Notes under the pieces: model-generated
What the model was told of the DNA's origin: nothing
The model's database searches: none
Seen by the model: only the letters and a program-made list of their open reading frames with translations
Program-made: the position numbers and the translations under genes
Shown here: piece after piece, positions 62,501 through 64,000 of the stretch
Position numbering within the stretch: the first letter of the stretch is position 1
Layout of the letters: each line of letters opens with the position of its first letter
Source of the DNA: Nitrosarchaeum sp.
GTDB taxonomy: Archaea; Thermoproteota; Nitrososphaeria; Nitrososphaerales; Nitrosopumilaceae
DNA: 64,000 nucleotides
Assembly: GCA_965223865.1 (NCBI GenBank)
Contig: OZ245020.1
Span: 608,001 to 672,000 of the forward strand
Direction: 5' to 3'

Positions 62501-64000
62501 ATGAAAAAATACTATATTCTGGGATTTTTACTATTACTTACATCAACTATTGGAATGTTCCCAAGTGGTGTTTATGCACAGACCAATGATAATGATAATG
62601 ATGGTGTTCCAAACGATATTGATAAGTGCCCACATCTAAAAGAAGACTATGACCCACAGTATGGAAATAACATAGACGGTTGTCCGGCAGACTTTGTTCC
62701 GTGGTATGATGCAGACTATGATGGAATTGAAGACCATATTGATGATTGTCCAACTGTAAAAGAAAGATACAATCAATTCCAAGATGAAGACGGCTGCCCT
62801 GATATAGCTCCTGGTGCAGGTGCTGGATTGCCAGACTCTGACGGAGATAGTTTTGTCGATAACCTTGACTTATGTCCAAATCAACCAGAAACATTCAATG
62901 GTATAGACGATAAGGATGGCTGCCCTGATGATGTTTATTCTTTAAAAGATATTGACAGAGATGGTATTTCTGATAACTTAGACTCTTGTCCTGGAATACC
63001 TGAAACTTACAACAGATTACAAGACACTGACGGCTGCCCAGACTCTGTAACTGATGATGCAGCTGGATTCCAATTCCCCGATACTGACGGTGATGGAATC
63101 GAAGACAGACGAGATTCTTGTATTTCAGAACCTGAAAACTATAACCGATACTTGGATTGGGACGGCTGCCCTGACGTTCCAGGATTTTATTCTAGTGTGA
63201 TTGATTCTGATTATGATTCAATTCCAGATTATCTAGATCAATGCCCTAAAGAACGTGAAAATTATAACAAATTCCAAGATGAAGATGGCTGCCCTGATGT
63301 AATTGATCTTAAAATAACTGGTGACATTGACGGTGATGGAATTGGTGATGAAGATGATTCATGTCCATATAATCCTGAAACCTACAACAAATTCCAAGAT
63401 GAAGACGGCTGCCCTGATATAGCTCCTGGTGCAGGTGCTGGATTGCCAGACTCTGACGGAGATGGAATTCTTGATAACCTTGACTTATGTCCAAATCAAC
63501 CAGAAACATTCAATGATTTCCAAGACACTGACGGCTGCCCAGATCAATATTCCTCAACTATTGATAGTGATCAAGACGGAATACCAAATGTAATTGATTC
63601 ATGTCCAAAAGAGCCTGAAACTTATAATTACTTCCAAGATGAAGACGGCTGCCCAGATGCAGTACCTGATGATCTAGCAGATTATACATTCCCCGATACT
63701 GACGGTGATGGAATCGAAGACAGATGGGATGCATGTATTTCAGAACCTGAAAACTATAACCGATACTTGGATTGGGACGGCTGCCCTGACGTTCCAGGAT
63801 TTTATTCTAGTGTGATTGATTCTGATTATGATTCAATTCCTGATGATGTTGATCAATGTCCGCAAGAACGTGAAAATTTTAATAAATTCCAAGATGGCGA
63901 TGGTTGTCCTGATGTAATTGACCTTGCAATATCAGGCGACTCTGACGGAGATGGAATTCTTAATCAAAATGATCAATGTCCATATAACAAAGAAACCTAC
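62501..64000 (+). CDS. Secreted thrombospondin type-3-like repeat protein D; 3'-truncated by the window, absent from the ORF track
   Basis: Starts MKKYYILGF like B and stays open to the window end. Confidence 0.85.
   Translation, partial: MKKYYILGFLLLLTSTIGMFPSGVYAQTNDNDNDGVPNDIDKCPHLKEDYDPQYGNNIDGCPADFVPWYDADYDGIEDHIDDCPTVKERYNQFQDEDGCPDIAPGAGAGLPDSDGDSFVDNLDLCPNQPETFNGIDDKDGCPDDVYSLKDIDRDGISDNLDSCPGIPETYNRLQDTDGCPDSVTDDAAGFQFPDTDGDGIEDRRDSCISEPENYNRYLDWDGCPDVPGFYSSVIDSDYDSIPDYLDQCPKERENYNKFQDEDGCPDVIDLKITGDIDGDGIGDEDDSCPYNPETYNKFQDEDGCPDIAPGAGAGLPDSDGDGILDNLDLCPNQPETFNDFQDTDGCPDQYSSTIDSDQDGIPNVIDSCPKEPETYNYFQDEDGCPDAVPDDLADYTFPDTDGDGIEDRWDACISEPENYNRYLDWDGCPDVPGFYSSVIDSDYDSIPDDVDQCPQERENFNKFQDGDGCPDVIDLAISGDSDGDGILNQNDQCPYNKETY

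Noticed and set aside
56840-64000. CRISPR-like periodic repeat of about 120 bp
   Set aside because: The repeats are in-frame protein modules inside long ORFs, and no cas genes are present.
56840-64000. Diversity-generating retroelement template/variable repeats
   Set aside because: No reverse transcriptase in the window, and differences between copies are not adenine-specific.

Overview
AT-rich archaeal DNA whose gene content points to an ammonia-oxidising thaumarchaeon (Nitrosopumilus-like; inferred from protein sequences only). It has five blocks. (1) 1-12.6 kb: a urea-utilisation locus with two DUR3-type sodium:solute symporters (one fused to a Usp domain), a zinc-ribbon membrane protein, a divergent P-II protein, a NiCoT/UreH nickel permease and divergent ureEFGD / ureABC. 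It also holds a repeated palindromic operator candidate and an unannotated ~110-nt structured RNA candidate. (2) 13.2-26.8 kb: S-layer protein, S8 protease and the Rieske / cytochrome b / blue-copper complex III genes. (3) 26851-46763: a ~19.9-kb integrated element at the 3' end of tRNA-Arg(TCT), bounded by a 12-bp direct repeat. It carries a tyrosine integrase, a phage-type Dam methylase, a TopoVI-A-like TOPRIM gene, many Cys-rich microproteins and gene fragments, IS5-like elements, a 175-bp inverted repeat pair and a 13-bp-periodic iteron-like array. (4) 46.8-56.7 kb: core genes (ogg-like glycosylase, beta-CASP RNase, ferredoxin, tgtA, AK6-like kinase, ychF, kae1, bud32, rdgB, taw1). (5) 56.8-64 kb: at least four tandem thrombospondin type-3-like repeat genes that are nucleotide-level mosaics of each other, with a strongly conserved GACGGCTGCCC at module junctions. 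All alignments and counts were done by eye.
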